In this document: one piece after another, positions 27,238 to 42,031 of the stretch
How positions within the stretch are numbered: position 1 is the first letter of the stretch
How the letters are laid out: every line of letters begins with the position of its first letter
NCBI GenBank assembly: GCA_012295275.1
Contig: CM022675.1
Span: 13,454,001 to 13,518,000, forward strand
DNA: 64,000 nucleotides
Source: Chrysomallon squamiferum
Lineage: Eukaryota; Animalia; Mollusca
Reading direction: 5' to 3'
Program-made: the position numbers and the translations under genes
The notes under the pieces: generated by a model
What the model was told of the DNA's origin: nothing
The model's database searches: none
The model's input: only the letters and a program-made list of their open reading frames with translations

Positions 27238-27323
27238 AGCAAGTACCGGGATTCGATCCGACTACCTGCGAGTCTTAACACAGTCCGGGAGACCACAGTG
27301 TATGCTTTAACGATTGCCCGCAC
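27238..27323 (-). mobile_element. Degenerate tRNA-derived SINE-like head
   Basis: Minus strand: GGGCAATCGTTAAAGC (A-box-like) ... GCAGGTAGTCGGATCGAATCCCGG (B-box-like). Confidence 0.4.
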
Positions 27324-27480
27324 TTCTGTTATCGCGTGCTATATTTGGAATGATTTGTCATTCCATTCTCGCCCTCTCTCCGGAAATCTTGTAACGAGTT
27401 TCTGAGATTTCTCCACGGAGCCTCTTCACAACTTAGTGTTACTCCGCGTCGACTCTTCCGCTTCGTTAAGAGTCTCTCCA

Positions 27481-27490
27481 CAGAGGGCGC
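27481..27490 (+). promoter_or_regulatory. CTCF-like core motif in a CpG-rich island with ETS-like CCGGAAG
   Basis: CAGAGGGCGC matches the YAGRKGGCRS core of the CTCF consensus. ACCGGAAG lies ~20 bp downstream. Confidence 0.4.
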
Positions 27491-27568
27491 TTAGCAGATG
27501 ACAGACGACACCGGAAGCGGAAGGAAAGGAGCGGTAGCGACTTTTCTTATCTTTTTTCCGTTTATTTC

Positions 27569-27622
<54 letters not shown>

Positions 27623-27684
27623 TTCTCTTTCTTTTACTACTTCATATTTTTCTTCTTCTTCTTCTTCTTTCTTTCTTTCTTTCT

Positions 27685-27724
<40 letters not shown>

Positions 27725-28495
27725 TTATTATTATTATTATATCAATCATGTGGACGAAAAAAGATGTTATATATATATATATATATGTCGTTTTGTGATG
27801 TGTGTGTGTGTGTGTGTGTGTCGTTTTAGAAAATCGTAATAAATATTCCATGAAAAATTAACAGACCAGAATCCAGTTTTAATTACCTGACAATTATTTA
27901 TTTAGTGTACGTAAAAATACTTAAATATTAAAATATTTTTTGTCCGTTTCTGTTTAAAATAAATGAAGATATAAAAAAATAAATAAATAATTCAGTGATA
28001 GGCGTAATGACAACAATGATGATAGTCATAATGGCTTTATAATGATTATGATGATGACAATGACAATAACAACAATAATAATAAGAAGAAGAAGAAGAAA
28101 AACAACAACAATAACAACAACAAAAACGACAACAGCAGTAATAATAGCAATTTATATTATTCCTTCTGGTCTACGTCATTTTTGTTTTTCATTTTTTTTT
28201 TTTTTTTTTTTTTTTTTAATGTCTTCATTTTACCTCCCCCCAGCCACGTGACACAAACAATTGGATGTAATTAGTTACCTATCTCACAATCTGTGTACGA
28301 CTCATTACCTACATTGCTATATGATGTATAAATACACGCATGATTACACATACACAGTCTATAAATAAACTAAAACATAAACAGCTACTCGCCGCTCTTT
28401 TATTTTGTTATCTGTCCACGACAAAACCAGAAATCTTATTTTGTTTTGTTTTGTTTTGTTGTTGTTGTTTGTTTGTTTGTTTTTTCTATAGTTAC

Positions 28496-28569
<74 letters not shown>

Positions 28570-29629
28570 ATGATTTATTTATAGATTTATTATTTTTGTT
28601 TGTTTGTTTCTTTCTTTGTTTGCAGTGTAAACACCCTACAGGAATAAATAAATTAATTAAATAACAAATAAATAGGTAAACAAACGAACAAAAACAAACA
28701 AATAATAAACAAATAAACTAACAAAAACAATCAAACAAACAAGCAAATAAATAAATGCTTTCCAAAAGGAATTCAGTTTAAAAAAAAGAGAGCTTGCTGC
28801 TGAAATAAAAAGAGTAAACTTTCGTTCAGGGCATCTGTTTTCCTTTCATTAACTGCATTGTTCCTTTTTTAATATATGACGTCATATACACGTAGATCAC
28901 AAAAGTATTCAGAGCATCATTAAAACACTTGTTTCTCAGATCAAGTATAATACACAAAATACAAAGCTGATGTCAGATTTATACGTTCCATTTGAAAGAA
29001 AAGTGAATTGGTCACATAGTGTTGTTTTAAACTTAAATGAACGTTCTGTTTTCATGTCGTTAATTCATTTCTAACATCGCCACATCACGTGATCGCTAGA
29101 AGCGAAAAAAAAAAATGGCGAACATACGATAAACTAATTTTAGAGAAAAAAAAAAAAATTGGTTAGTTAGGGAAAAGGAATGCATTAGCAGCTTCTCGGA
29201 GTGAGATTAATAAAACACTGAGACACAAAACGCGGCTTGATGTAAATAAACATTTATAAATCACAGAGAATGTTCAGAGAAGAAAGGAATGCAAGATCGA
29301 AAAGAAGCGGAATCGTATGACGTCATAAAGTCTGTTTGACGTGTTTCCCTTTTGTTCTTGTGGTTTGTGGGTTTTTGGTTTTTGGGGTTTTTTAGAATTA
29401 TTTCTTTCTTTCTTTTTCTTTCTTTTTTCTTTTCTTCTTTCTTTTTTCTTTTTTCTTCTTCTTCTTCTCCTTTTATTCAGATGTTTGATTATTAAAATCT
29501 AATTTGGAAATTATTTTATTAAAATATCATGTTGATAAAGTAAATAAGTAAGTGAATGAAGTTCAGAAAAAAAAGGAAAAAGCTTAACAATATTTTTTAT
29601 AGAGACAGAAACAAAACCGAAACATAAGA

Positions 29630-29675
<46 letters not shown>

Positions 29676-29756
29676 GCAGAGACAGAAGGACAGAAAGAAA
29701 GAGGCAAAAGGGGGACAAATTAGGGGTAGAGAAGAGAGAGACACATGTATTAGATA

Positions 29757-29842
<86 letters not shown>

Positions 29843-30897
29843 TGTACAAGAAATAAATGTTTGAGAATGCAAGAAATTGAAATGGCAGGTTAAACTGTTA
29901 TTTCAAGAATTGGGAAAGCTGGTGGTGAAGATTTTCGTGTGTGTAAAACAAGAAGAGTGAACTGTTTATCAGGTATCGGTCCACGTGTTTTTAACTCATT
30001 GAATTTCATTCATTTCTCAGAGAATTTTCTCACAGGCAAAAATAACAGCAGTGAGAAGAAGAAACGAGCACAAACACAGTGGATGATGACGTAAAGTCGT
30101 GGAAAAGATATAAAGTTGATATTCAAGGTATTCTGAAAAGGATTTTATAATTTTGTACCGACTATGTCAGACCCTAAGTCTCTCTGTATATGTGAGTTTG
30201 TGTATGTGTATGTGTATATATAGATAGAGAAATAGATAAACAGGTATATAGATAGATAGGTAGATAGATAGATAGACAGACAGATCTAGATAATTATATG
30301 CACTTCTCTCTCTCTCTCTCACTGTATTTATGTGTGTGTCTAAAAAACAAATTCACACTCAACTATCATAAAACATTTATTAATATACAAAAACAACGCG
30401 GATATTTAGAAGAGGATAAAACATAAAACACAAACAAACAAAGTGTGAATATCATAAAACAGAAAATACCGCACCTGGTATATTCGTTATTTCCTTAATT
30501 TCGGTACACAATATAAATATATATAAAAAAATAAAAAATAAAAGAAACCACAGAGAAACTATTTTACAAAAATTTACCACCGGCAGCATTATTAAAGTAA
30601 TAACCTAGCTTAGTGAATTCCTATTTCTAGATTTTATCTCAGACTTGATGAATTTTCAGTGCCCTTGGGAAAGCCTGTTTCTTGCGTTGATTGTGGATTT
30701 CTTTAACACCTGAGAAAACATTGTTCTCAATATGGAAGCGAGATTTCTCACGTGCCGCCATGTTTATCGCTTCCGTAATGAGAAAGCAGACGAGAGTCCA
30801 GAACGAGGCAAATAAATGTTAAACGATCCGAAATCGAATTTAATTTTTCTTTTTTCTTTTTCAATTTTAGATATATGAAAGAGATATTTTATTTATT

Positions 30898-30951
<54 letters not shown>

Positions 30952-31350
30952 TATTTAGCCTTTCATGTAAAAGTGAGTTTACGTAAAGCAGATTTTTATT
31001 TTATAAAGTTTGCTCTAAAGATTTCTATTACTTTGAAGGTTTTTGTTGATTTAAGAATTCAGTAAAGCTTCATGTTAATTGATTTCAATGAATGCAAAAA
31101 TTGCGGGGGGGGGAGGCGGGGAGAGTAACAGAAAAAACAAGTAAGGAATTAAATAAATTTAAATAAACAATATTAATAATACCCCCTCAAACAAACAAAC
31201 CAGCAAACAGAAACATCACGAATGTCATGGTTACGTCATAGCATTTAATCAAATATCTTTCCTGTCATTACTACTGCTAATTCAGTTTGAAGAAGGCGAT
31301 AACAGACTTAACAAACGATAGGGGAGCAGTAATAAATATCACAAATCCAT

Positions 31351-31410
31351 CTCGGGATTAGACCCTGCATCCTACCGATGCACGGAGTAACCCTTAATTA
31401 TAAACAGCTA
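31351..31410 (-). mobile_element. Highly degenerate tRNA-derived SINE-like head
   Basis: Minus strand: TAGCTGTTTATAATTAAGG ... AGGATGCAGGGTCTAATCCCG resembles A-box/B-box spacing. Confidence 0.3.
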
Positions 31411-31413
31411 TTT

Positions 31414-31485
<72 letters not shown>

Positions 31486-31549
31486 CGCTAATTTAATTTC
31501 ACATTGAAAGATTCTCTCATAGACGAACGTTATTTTACTGCTTGAGTGA

Positions 31550-31719
31550 AAGCGCCTTATCGCGAGTAAATCTGTATAATTCTTCACAGCGAGTTTGTTG
31601 GCAGGCGCGAGCTGCGCGAGACAGGCGCGTGACTCGGGGATCGGAGTGACGTCACGCGCCGTCAGCAACAAATGAAAGAGAAATCACTAAACAGTTCAAC
31701 TAGAATAAAATAGGTAAGT
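31550..31719 (+). promoter_or_regulatory. CpG-rich promoter-like island with CRE, followed by a candidate first-exon donor
   Basis: Dense GCGCG/CG cluster at 31600-31662, GTGACGTCAC at 31646, donor TAG|gtaagta at 31713/31714. Confidence 0.45.
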
Positions 31720-31904
31720 ACGTTGGCAGTGATGATGATGATGATGATGATGATGTATGTGTGTATTTGTGTGTATGGATGTATGTGTCTATGTATGTAT
31801 ATATGTATGTATGTATGTATGTGCGTTTGTGAGTGTATCTCTATAGGTAGGTAGGTGTGTACGTATGTGTGTGTGTGTATATATATATATGTATATATAC
31901 ACAC

Positions 31905-31972
<68 letters not shown>

Positions 31973-33413
31973 TTGTGCTACGTTTTATTTTATTTTTTTT
32001 GTTTATAACTCATTGTTTTTATCCCCGTCGAACAATGTTTTGGTCGTTATTGTAAAGATTATAAATGAAAAGCCCCTTTTATTATCTTTCCCTACATCGA
32101 TAAAGTTAGATACGTTCATGAGCGAACATATACATTTTTAAATGAATATTATAAAATTTAATTTCCAAATAAACAATTAATTTTAAGACTAGACAACAAA
32201 GAACAAACTTTAATAGCAGACATTTTATTTACTGTCTTTCAAAGAAGCAGGAGCCTTTTTGTTTAAGGTAATGTTTATTTTTAATTAGCTATTTATGTAA
32301 TATTATGGTTAGTAATATTATTGTAAATAAGTATCTTATTGTTTTCTTTCTTGTCATTATTCTTATGTAATTTGTATTTATTTTAGTCTTACATTCACTG
32401 TTTTAAACACGAATTTAATTGTTTATCAGTTTACTTTTTAAGTATGGGTACTAAAATATGTTATGTGTTGGGTTGGATAACAATGTTATTTTATGATAGT
32501 AATGTATTATATCACGTGACACTTTAATAGAAAAATCAATTCAGTTAATTCATTGTACCAGTACTACAACTCTTACTATTACAAAGAATAATAATAATGA
32601 TAATAATTATGATGATGATAATGATAATAATAATAAGTACAAAAATAATAACGATAAATATTATAATAACAATAATAATAATAATAATAATTGTAATAAT
32701 AATAATAGTAACAATAGTAGTAATTATAATAATAATAATAACAATAATAATAATAGTAACAGTAGTAGTAGTAGTCGTAGTAGTTGTAGTAGTAGGAGGA
32801 AAACTGATAGCAGTAGTAGTAGTAGTAGTAGTAGTAGTAGAAGCGGTAACATAAAGTAGAGTAGTTGGAGATGTAGCAGTGAGAATAGTAAAGGAAGACG
32901 TAGTAGTAGACGTAATAGTAATCATCGTCATCATAACGTCATCTTTTTTTTTTTTTTTCTTTTTTTTTTCTTTTTTTCTCTTCATCTTTCTGATTTGTTC
33001 ATTCTGAGGTAAGAGAGGACACTGGAATAAAAGAGATAAGAGTGAATCATCGCTCTGTGAGATCGTCGTGATTAGAAAAACCAAAACCAGACTCTTCCTG
33101 GTGTTCGGCGGCCTGGGTTGCCTGACATCAAACGCATTATCACTGGCGACCATGTTAAGTATGGAGTAAAAAATTTGATAAACGTAAAGACTGAGTGAAA
33201 TAATGTGAAAACAAACACGTGTCTGCACAGAAGATAGCTCGGTTGAGTAACAGTGAAATGATGGATGGGTGAAAGGATAGGAGAAGGAGGAGTAGAAGAA
33301 GAAGATGACGAAGACGTTGAAGAAGAAGAAAAAAGGAGTATGAGTTGTTGTTCCTATTATTATTGTTGTTGTTGTTGTTGTTGTTATTATTAATATTATT
33401 AATATTTTATATG

Positions 33414-33454
<41 letters not shown>

Positions 33455-33521
33455 CATCATTATTGCTATTGTTATTATTATTATTATTACTATTTTCTTC
33501 TATTGTTTTTTTCTTCTTCTT

Positions 33522-33552
<31 letters not shown>

Positions 33553-34916
33553 TTATTATTATTATTATTATTGCTGTTCTTGTTGTCGTTGTTGTTGTTG
33601 TTGTTTTAGTTGCTATAACTATTATTATTGTTATTAGGAATGAATGAAGAAACGAAAGAAGAAAAGAAACGAAAAAAGGTTGAAAATATTTATATAAATA
33701 GTAACACGAAAGGTTATAGCGTCAAAAAATTGATTTCCATATCCATATTTAAAATAATTCTTGTTAATGTCAAAAATCGAACAGAAAATCCGATTTTTTT
33801 CATAAAATACCGCCCACATTATTTTCTTTCTACGACAAAAACCGATTTTCTACATTCGTTATCGGAAATCAGGGACAATTGCACTTCTACGGAAATAACG
33901 AACGTTTACGAAACAAATCGAAATTAACCGAAGTGTTCCGAAGAAACAGAAATTTGTCAATTTATTAATAGTGATATTTTCAGTAATTCCAAACATCGTT
34001 AAGAAATATTTTGGCTCCCTTCTTGCCTTCCTTCGTTCCTTTCTTTCTGTTGTCTTTCGTTCTTTCTTACTTTCTATTTTTTAACTCATTATTTCACTGG
34101 TTCATTCATTATTTCTTTCATTCATTCATTTGTTCATTTATTAATTCTTCAATCTTTCTTTCACTCGTTCATTCACTCCATTCATTACTCTAATTTCGTA
34201 TCTTTATTTGATATTTAATTATATTACTCATTTACTACCCAAACGCATTTGATTATACACATATACATTACATAAATAAATTAAAAAAAAACAATAATAA
34301 AAATAATGAAAGACAAACAAAAATGCATTACTTGAAAGAACATTCAGAGAAGCATAAAATAAATACTTTTAAAACTTAGATAATTATTCCGAAATTAGAA
34401 AAGTCAAAAGAAGAGTTTAAATCTGTAGAAATGTTTAAATCAGTGTCAAAACGAACTGGGCCTCTTACCCAGTCAGTAACCGACAGTAAAACCTTTTACT
34501 GCCAGTTAAAATTCGGCTGCAGATTACTAAATATATTTAAATATTAACATCAAACGGAGAAATATCTGCAGAAGAAGGTTTTTTTTCTGCTACATGTACT
34601 CATAATGGTTGCTGTTAAAAGCAGAAATATCGTTTAATGCTTAAAGAGAAAGAAATCTTTTTGCTGGTTAAATATAATTTAGTGCTCACAGCAAAGAAGA
34701 CTCGTAAAGAAATAAATGGTTTACATCTAATAACATTTCTGTTTTCTTCTTTGCTTTTCTTACTTATTTTTAGTTTGTGTCGTTTGCAAACTGAATTTTT
34801 TATTTATGTTTTTTTTAAAATTTTTTTTGTTATTATTATTTTTTTAAGATAATAATAAAATAAGAAATAGTCAGTTAGGCTCTCTTTCTCCATCCTTATT
34901 TCATACTGTTACTCAT

Positions 34917-35012
<96 letters not shown>

Positions 35013-36242
35013 AGTCTCTCTCTCTGTATCTGTCTGTCTCTGTTTCTCTAGCGAAAACTTAACACGTTAATTTTCACTGAAGCAAAAAATCGTCTGTTTG
35101 CTAAATTATTTTTCTGCATGATTTCCTAGGACTGACCTAAAAGTGGAGATGTCTGTGATATTTATCTTAGACGATTCTGGCAGAGTCTTGAACAAAGAAA
35201 AATTAAAGATTGGCATTACGTTATCTTATATGTATGATACATCAGACAGGAGAAACATCAAACACTTCGTTTTAAGGTTTATAATTATATAGCTAAAGAA
35301 GAAGAAGAAGAAAGGAACAAAAACGAAGAAGAAAAAAAAATTAAAAAGAAGATAACAATAATGACGATGATGAAGAAGAAAGAGTAAAATAAGATGATGC
35401 TGATGATCTAAAAGAAAAGTAATAGCGATCGTAATAGCAATCATGATTGTAATAGTGCAATTAGTAATAATAAGTGATAGTAACAGTACAGCGATTAGAA
35501 CAGTATAATAGCTATTGTAAAAGTAGTAGTAGTAGATATAGCAGTAACAGTCGTAGTCGTAGTATCTATGGCAAAAGTGGTAGTAGTAGTAACTATGATA
35601 GTAGTAGTAGTTGAGTAAAATAACAGCTGTGGTAGCAGAAGTAGTAATCATGGTAATAGTAAAGATATCAGTAGCAGCAACAACAATTGTAATAGTACTA
35701 GTTATTTTGTTGTTCTATTGGTGGTGTCGATTGTAGTTGTAGTAATAGTAGTAGTAGTAGTAATAGCAGTAGTAGTTTTGATTTTGGTAGTAATGGTGGT
35801 TGTGGTAGTAATAGTAGTAGCAGAAGTAGTAGTAGTATAATAGCAGTAGTAGTAGTAGAAGTAGCAATTGCAGTGTTTTAGTAGTAGTAGTAGTAGCAGC
35901 AGCAGTTGTGGGGATTTTGGTAGTAATGGTGGTGGTGGTACCTATCGTAGTAATAGTAAAAATAGTAGTAATAGTAGTAGTAGTAGTAGTAATAATTGTT
36001 GGAACTATTACATTTGTAGACTAATAGCAGCAGCAGAACTAGTAGTAGTGATATCAGTAATTATAGGGATCAAACCGCGAGAAAAATTATTCAAGAAGAT
36101 AAAATATAAACGTTTCTATTTTAAACTGCTGTTGTTGTATTTTTAAACATTTCGCCGTTCAAGAAATTGCTGCAGAGTAATAAACGTGGCTACGTGCACT
36201 GATTTACTGCAGTTTCTAACTGTCCTTGCCCTACGTCACCCG

Positions 36243-36254
36243 CAGCGCCATCTA
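36243..36254 (-). promoter_or_regulatory. CTCF-like core motif
   Basis: Minus strand TAGATGGCGCTG, with ETS-like AACCGGAAGT (minus) at ~36270-36279. Confidence 0.45.
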
Positions 36255-36413
36255 TCAGCATACTGTCTAACTTCCGGTTGTAGCGTTCGAAAGTTCAAAA
36301 GTATGAGGAACTTTTAATCTTTTTCATTTTTATTTATTTATTTTTTTAGATTTTTTTTTTTTTTTTTTTTTTAGAGATATGTAATAAGAAAATTATTGTG
36401 AAATAAGAAGAAG

Positions 36414-36444
<31 letters not shown>

Positions 36445-38255
36445 AAATTTAATAAAAGGTCATTACTGCAAACAAATGAGTAATACGGCTTGAATAGTTC
36501 TGTGTAAAACAATTTAAATGACTGTTATTATCATTTCGCTGCATGTTTGAAGATGTTGAAACCTCTGATCCGACGTCTTTCACTTTGTCATCATTTACAA
36601 ACTAGAGATGTAGTCGTAGTTTCAAAAGACACGGAACCTGGTCGTTATGAAAGTGGTCGCAATTATACGTAATCACAATTTTCAGGTTTACGTTTTATTT
36701 CTTTTTCTCTTTTTCATCTTTTTTCATTCTTTTCTTCTGTAATTTTTTTTTCCCTTTACTTCTTTTCTTTTCTTAAGAGATTTTTTTTTTTTCTTATTCT
36801 TCATATTATCTTTAAATTTTTTTTTGTTGTTCTGTGCTGTATTAAATGCATACATGGATACACAAACAGACAGACACAGAAATTTAGATACACATACCCG
36901 CTCATATTTATACGTATACGCGGGTATTTTCTCACACATTCTGAAATAACTACACAAATACAACATGAAACTGTCCTCTTACAAAATTTATATATATCTA
37001 CACACAGAGAGACACACACATACACACAAACACGCAGTAACATGGAGCACACACACACAATCACATATACACGTACAGACACCAACACATACATACAAAC
37101 ACAAATATATACTCGCAGTTTTATACACACGTGCATACACAAACATACACATGCAAACGTATACACAAAATAAATACACACACACATAAACACGCACACA
37201 CTTACAGAGAAGTCAGAAAGATTTGTGTAATAATATAATACCCTGTTTCACTATTTGACTGTTTCATATTTCAGTTGTAACTCACTTAAGAGATAATTCT
37301 CAACAAACTCTGAATTTTATTCCTTCTGAGTAGTCGACCAATTACTGTAACAGGTTAAGTCCGGACTTAGTAAGACGAAACTAATTTAATAACGAGATCG
37401 TAAAGATTATTATACACACCTGCTCAATCTGCACCTGTCAGTCAGGTATTTTACCTGTCTGTCAATGCACGTGCTGAGTGTAATGCAATGTAAAAGAACC
37501 GGATTGAAGAGACGAGCGACGCGTGTTCGGTTCTCGTTAGAAGACTGTTGAAGTTTTAACAAGTTTGCGTTAGACTACTGGATTATTTTCAACCATCAGT
37601 TAGATATGTGTTTTATTGTAATGTGTAAAGCTGCTACAAAAGATTTCATGGTTGCTAAGGAGAAAAACAAAACACAGTGACGCAATGGAAGCAGCGCTGG
37701 TTTCGTTTATAATACGTCATCGATATTCTCATATGTAATCAGTATTTAAAAAAAAAAAAAAAAAAATATATATAATTAACATATAAAATACACTGAGGTC
37801 AGATTAAACAATAATGAGTTTTTTTTTTCGTTCATGTACGAGTCGATTACGATAGCAACATAATTTAATGACGTCATAATGGCTTGTCGCTTAAATATAC
37901 ATAAATAAAGACAGAAATAAATTAAATAAACATAGCAATAGAATGCAATATAAATCATCATCATCATCATCAAGCAAAAAAATAAAGAAGAGAAGTCTTT
38001 TGCCGTGAACTTTAAGATGGAGTTTCCAAGGCAGTATGAAGAAGAACGCTAAGTAAATAACTCGAATAACTACAAATGTGAGATGATAAAACCGATTTCT
38101 CGTCAGTAAATAATCTCTTATCTAAACCAACTTGACAGAACAGAAATTATTTCTGTATTTCACGACCTTCCCTCAGTCTCGTTATTTTTCTCTAGAATTT
38201 TAGTTTTCGCAAAAATGCAGATATGAAACAGAATCAATGTTTAATATGGTTTTAT

Positions 38256-38336
<81 letters not shown>

Positions 38337-39277
38337 ATATGTATACATCCACACATTACGCTAAGTACTAGAATCTAAAGAACAGATACGAGAGTGATAA
38401 TTATAGAAAACAACAACAACAAAAACTTCCAGTGACATTTTCAGACTTCTTAAAGTGCACATAGCTGATAAGATAGCAATGAACATTAATAAAACAAAAT
38501 GAAATTGAAATTCTGAAACTTATGAAATAATCGTCACATAAATGTGTTTTAGATGATAAGGTTGAAGTAAAAACCTGATTCAGAAAAGCATTAGAGTTTC
38601 TTATCAGCTTTATGGTTATTTTATTTGTGTATGTTTTAAAAAAAAAAATAAACAGTGTAAGTAAGTTAGAGAATAAAAACGAACGAATAAAGAAACAAAC
38701 AAATAAGTAAAGAAATAAACAAAAATAATACACTGATGAATAAATAAATAAAATGAAACAAACAGACCAACAAATAAGTAAATAAATAAAGAACAAACAA
38801 ACAAACGAATAGACAAAAAAACAAATAAAAAAAAATAAATAAAAACAAAACAAAACAAAACAAAACAAAACAAACAAAACAAACATTTCTAAACAGTTAG
38901 AAGAAAAGGGGAAAATATGAACTAAAAATACGAAATAATTATAAGATCTTTTTCTTAAGTTTTGATCGAAGATAACCACATCAATGGAGCATGTTTGAAT
39001 TATATCGTTTAACTGAATCTCGGAGATCTCCGAGTGAACCGAAACAACCCGAGCGAAGTCAAACTATTAACGAAAATAATGATACGCTTAAAACGTTATC
39101 GTTCAACACCAGTCTAATGTAGATGTGCAGACGACAGGTGGAAATTAGATTGCGGTGTACGAAATATAAATAAAATAAATAAATAAATAAATAAATAATA
39201 GGAATATGTGAACAACGAAGAAAATATGTATGTATTTATTTATTTATTTATTATTGACCATGATGATGATAATGATA

Positions 39278-39313
<36 letters not shown>

Positions 39314-39323
39314 TTTTATTATA

Positions 39324-39355
<32 letters not shown>

Positions 39356-40000
39356 CATCATTATTATTAAAAATTGAAGATTTAAATAAAATGAATAATG
39401 AAAAATAAAAATACTAATGTATTAATTCGGGAACGTGTATCTGCCAGTTACGTCACATTTTATCTTCTTCTTAAACGTCTGTGAAATGTACATAAAGTCT
39501 GACCTAAATGTCAAGTGAATGACGTAACACAGTCAACGTAACATTAATAAAATATTACGTTTTATAGCAGGAGTCAAAATTTAATGAACAAAGCCATGAA
39601 TATAATGTTCAATAAGAAGTTTATTTTTAATGATCAGCAGAAAAAAAAAAAAAAAATGGAAAAGAAATATGTAATAATCTGCGCATGCGTTTTTTTCCCC
39701 ATGTGTGTCTCGGAGACATAATGGTGTGTTTGAATGTGTAATAAAAATAATATTACATCTGTTATCAATACATATTACTTTTATAACCCTCCTGTCAGAT
39801 AATGGTTACATAGAATTTTGCACAAATCAATACAAATTGTGTTCTGCTAGAGCAATATATACGTTTGTTTTATTGTGGGTTATTTTTTGTTGGTTTTTGG
39901 TTCTTTTCTTTCTTTGTTTCTAATGTTTTTTTTTTTTTTTTTTTTTTTTTATATATATATATATATTTTTGTTAAATTTTCCTTCTGTTCTTTTCTTTCT

Positions 40001-40041
<41 letters not shown>

Positions 40042-40103
40042 ATTTATCTATCCATGTATCTATCTCTATCGATCTATCTATCGGTATGTTAATTTATCTG
40101 TAA

Positions 40104-40205
<102 letters not shown>

Positions 40206-40421
40206 TTAACATAGATATATATTTACTTTCTTTAGCATCTCACAAACTGTCAGTGTGTATACACGACATGTTTCACACACTTTCAGATTTGTCAGTGCGT
40301 TGCCACACACGTGCACCTTCATACGCCGCATTTTTTCGTTTGACTGGTATGTTGAAATAAGGAATTACACGAAAATAGCACGATCGTTAACAACACGAGA
40401 ACGAAACAAGACAGCAACCAA

Positions 40422-40559
<138 letters not shown>

Positions 40560-41935
40560 TATCTCAAAGATCGGTATTAGCTGCGCAGCTGATATTACAT
40601 GGACATTACTAGACTAACTTCTGTATCAGGACGTAATTGAATTAGTTTATCTGGAGATTTCGCTTCTTCACAGAGTTCACTGATCCGGACGATTCTGCAG
40701 GAAATCTCTCCAACACATCGCGGTGTCGTCTGCCACTAATACCAGCAAACCAGTGCAGCCGAGTCGCAAATTAGCGCGTGTCCAAATCGAATTGGCGAGA
40801 GTTCGCCGAGCGGAATTTGCCGATTTGCGACGTTTCGTGGAAAAACGAAAGACGAGTAATTGAAAAGACGAGTCTTTGTGAAGCTATTTTGAAGAAGTCG
40901 TGAACCGTCGAGACCGTTTATTTTTGTTTGAATAGTGATCACTAGTAAGTAGAAATGACGTAAAGGTTTATTTTAGTTTAGTAGTAGTAGCAGCAGTAGT
41001 CGTAGTAGTAGTAGCAGTAGTAGCAGTAGTGATATTAGCAGTAGTAGTAGCAGTAGTAGCAGCAGCAGTCGTATTAGTAGTAGCAGCAGTAGTAGTAGTA
41101 GTGATATTAGCAGTAGTGGTAGCAGTTTGGAACTAGTGTTAGTAACGGCAGTGCAGTTGTAGTAGAAATAAGATTAGCAGTAATAATGAAAACGTTGAAG
41201 ATGTACAGGAGTAACAACAACAACAACAACAGCAACAACAATAAAAATAACAGTAGCAGAAATAATATAAATTATTATTATAATTATAACAACAACAACA
41301 ACAACAACAAGACAACTGACAACATTTCAAAATCAACAGCAAATGTAGCAGCAACTGCGGTGGTGGTAGCTGTAATACTAACACTAACCGTAGTAGCTGT
41401 AGGTTGTTGTCGTTGCTGTAATAATGTTGTCGTTTTTGTAAAATTTATTAAAGCTGCAACAGCCTCAGCTGTGGTAGTTGCTGTTAATGTAGTACATGTC
41501 GTTGTTGTTGTAAAAGTCGCAGATGTTGATTTTTTGTTTTTTAATTCTAATTCTGAGAATGCGGTGTCGTAGTTACAGTATTATTTTCTTTGTGTCAGCT
41601 GACGTCATAATTAAAAGAAATATATATTTTTTCTAATTTGTATTTTATATCGAATTCTTTTATATCGAGTTTTTTTATGTCGAAATGTTTAGATACGAAA
41701 CAACTTGATGATCATATTTCTTGCTTTCCTATTTTTCGCGGAAATGTTTTATTTTTATTTTTTTTATTTTTTTCTAACACACGAATTCTTCTAAGAGACA
41801 CTGAAAGAAAGGAAAAGAGAAACTGAGAGAGAGAAAAAGAAAGACAGAGAAAAAGAGAGATGGGCAGAATGAGAGACAGATAGAGAGAGTGAATGGATGA
41901 AAGTATATGTGTGTGTTGTGTGTGTGTGTGTGTGT

Positions 41936-42031
<96 letters not shown>

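Noticed and set aside
33008-33170. Peptide LFLVFGGLGCLTSNALSLATML resembling a GPCR first transmembrane helix
   Set aside because: The frame is bounded by stops with no upstream ATG or acceptor, the GxxGN motif is not matched, and no further helices follow.
38361-38380. CTAAGTACTAG resembling the 5' end of miR-252; similar seed-only matches elsewhere (e.g. AATTGCACTT at ~33878)
   Set aside because: The matches stop after ~10-11 nt and no precursor hairpin is visible.
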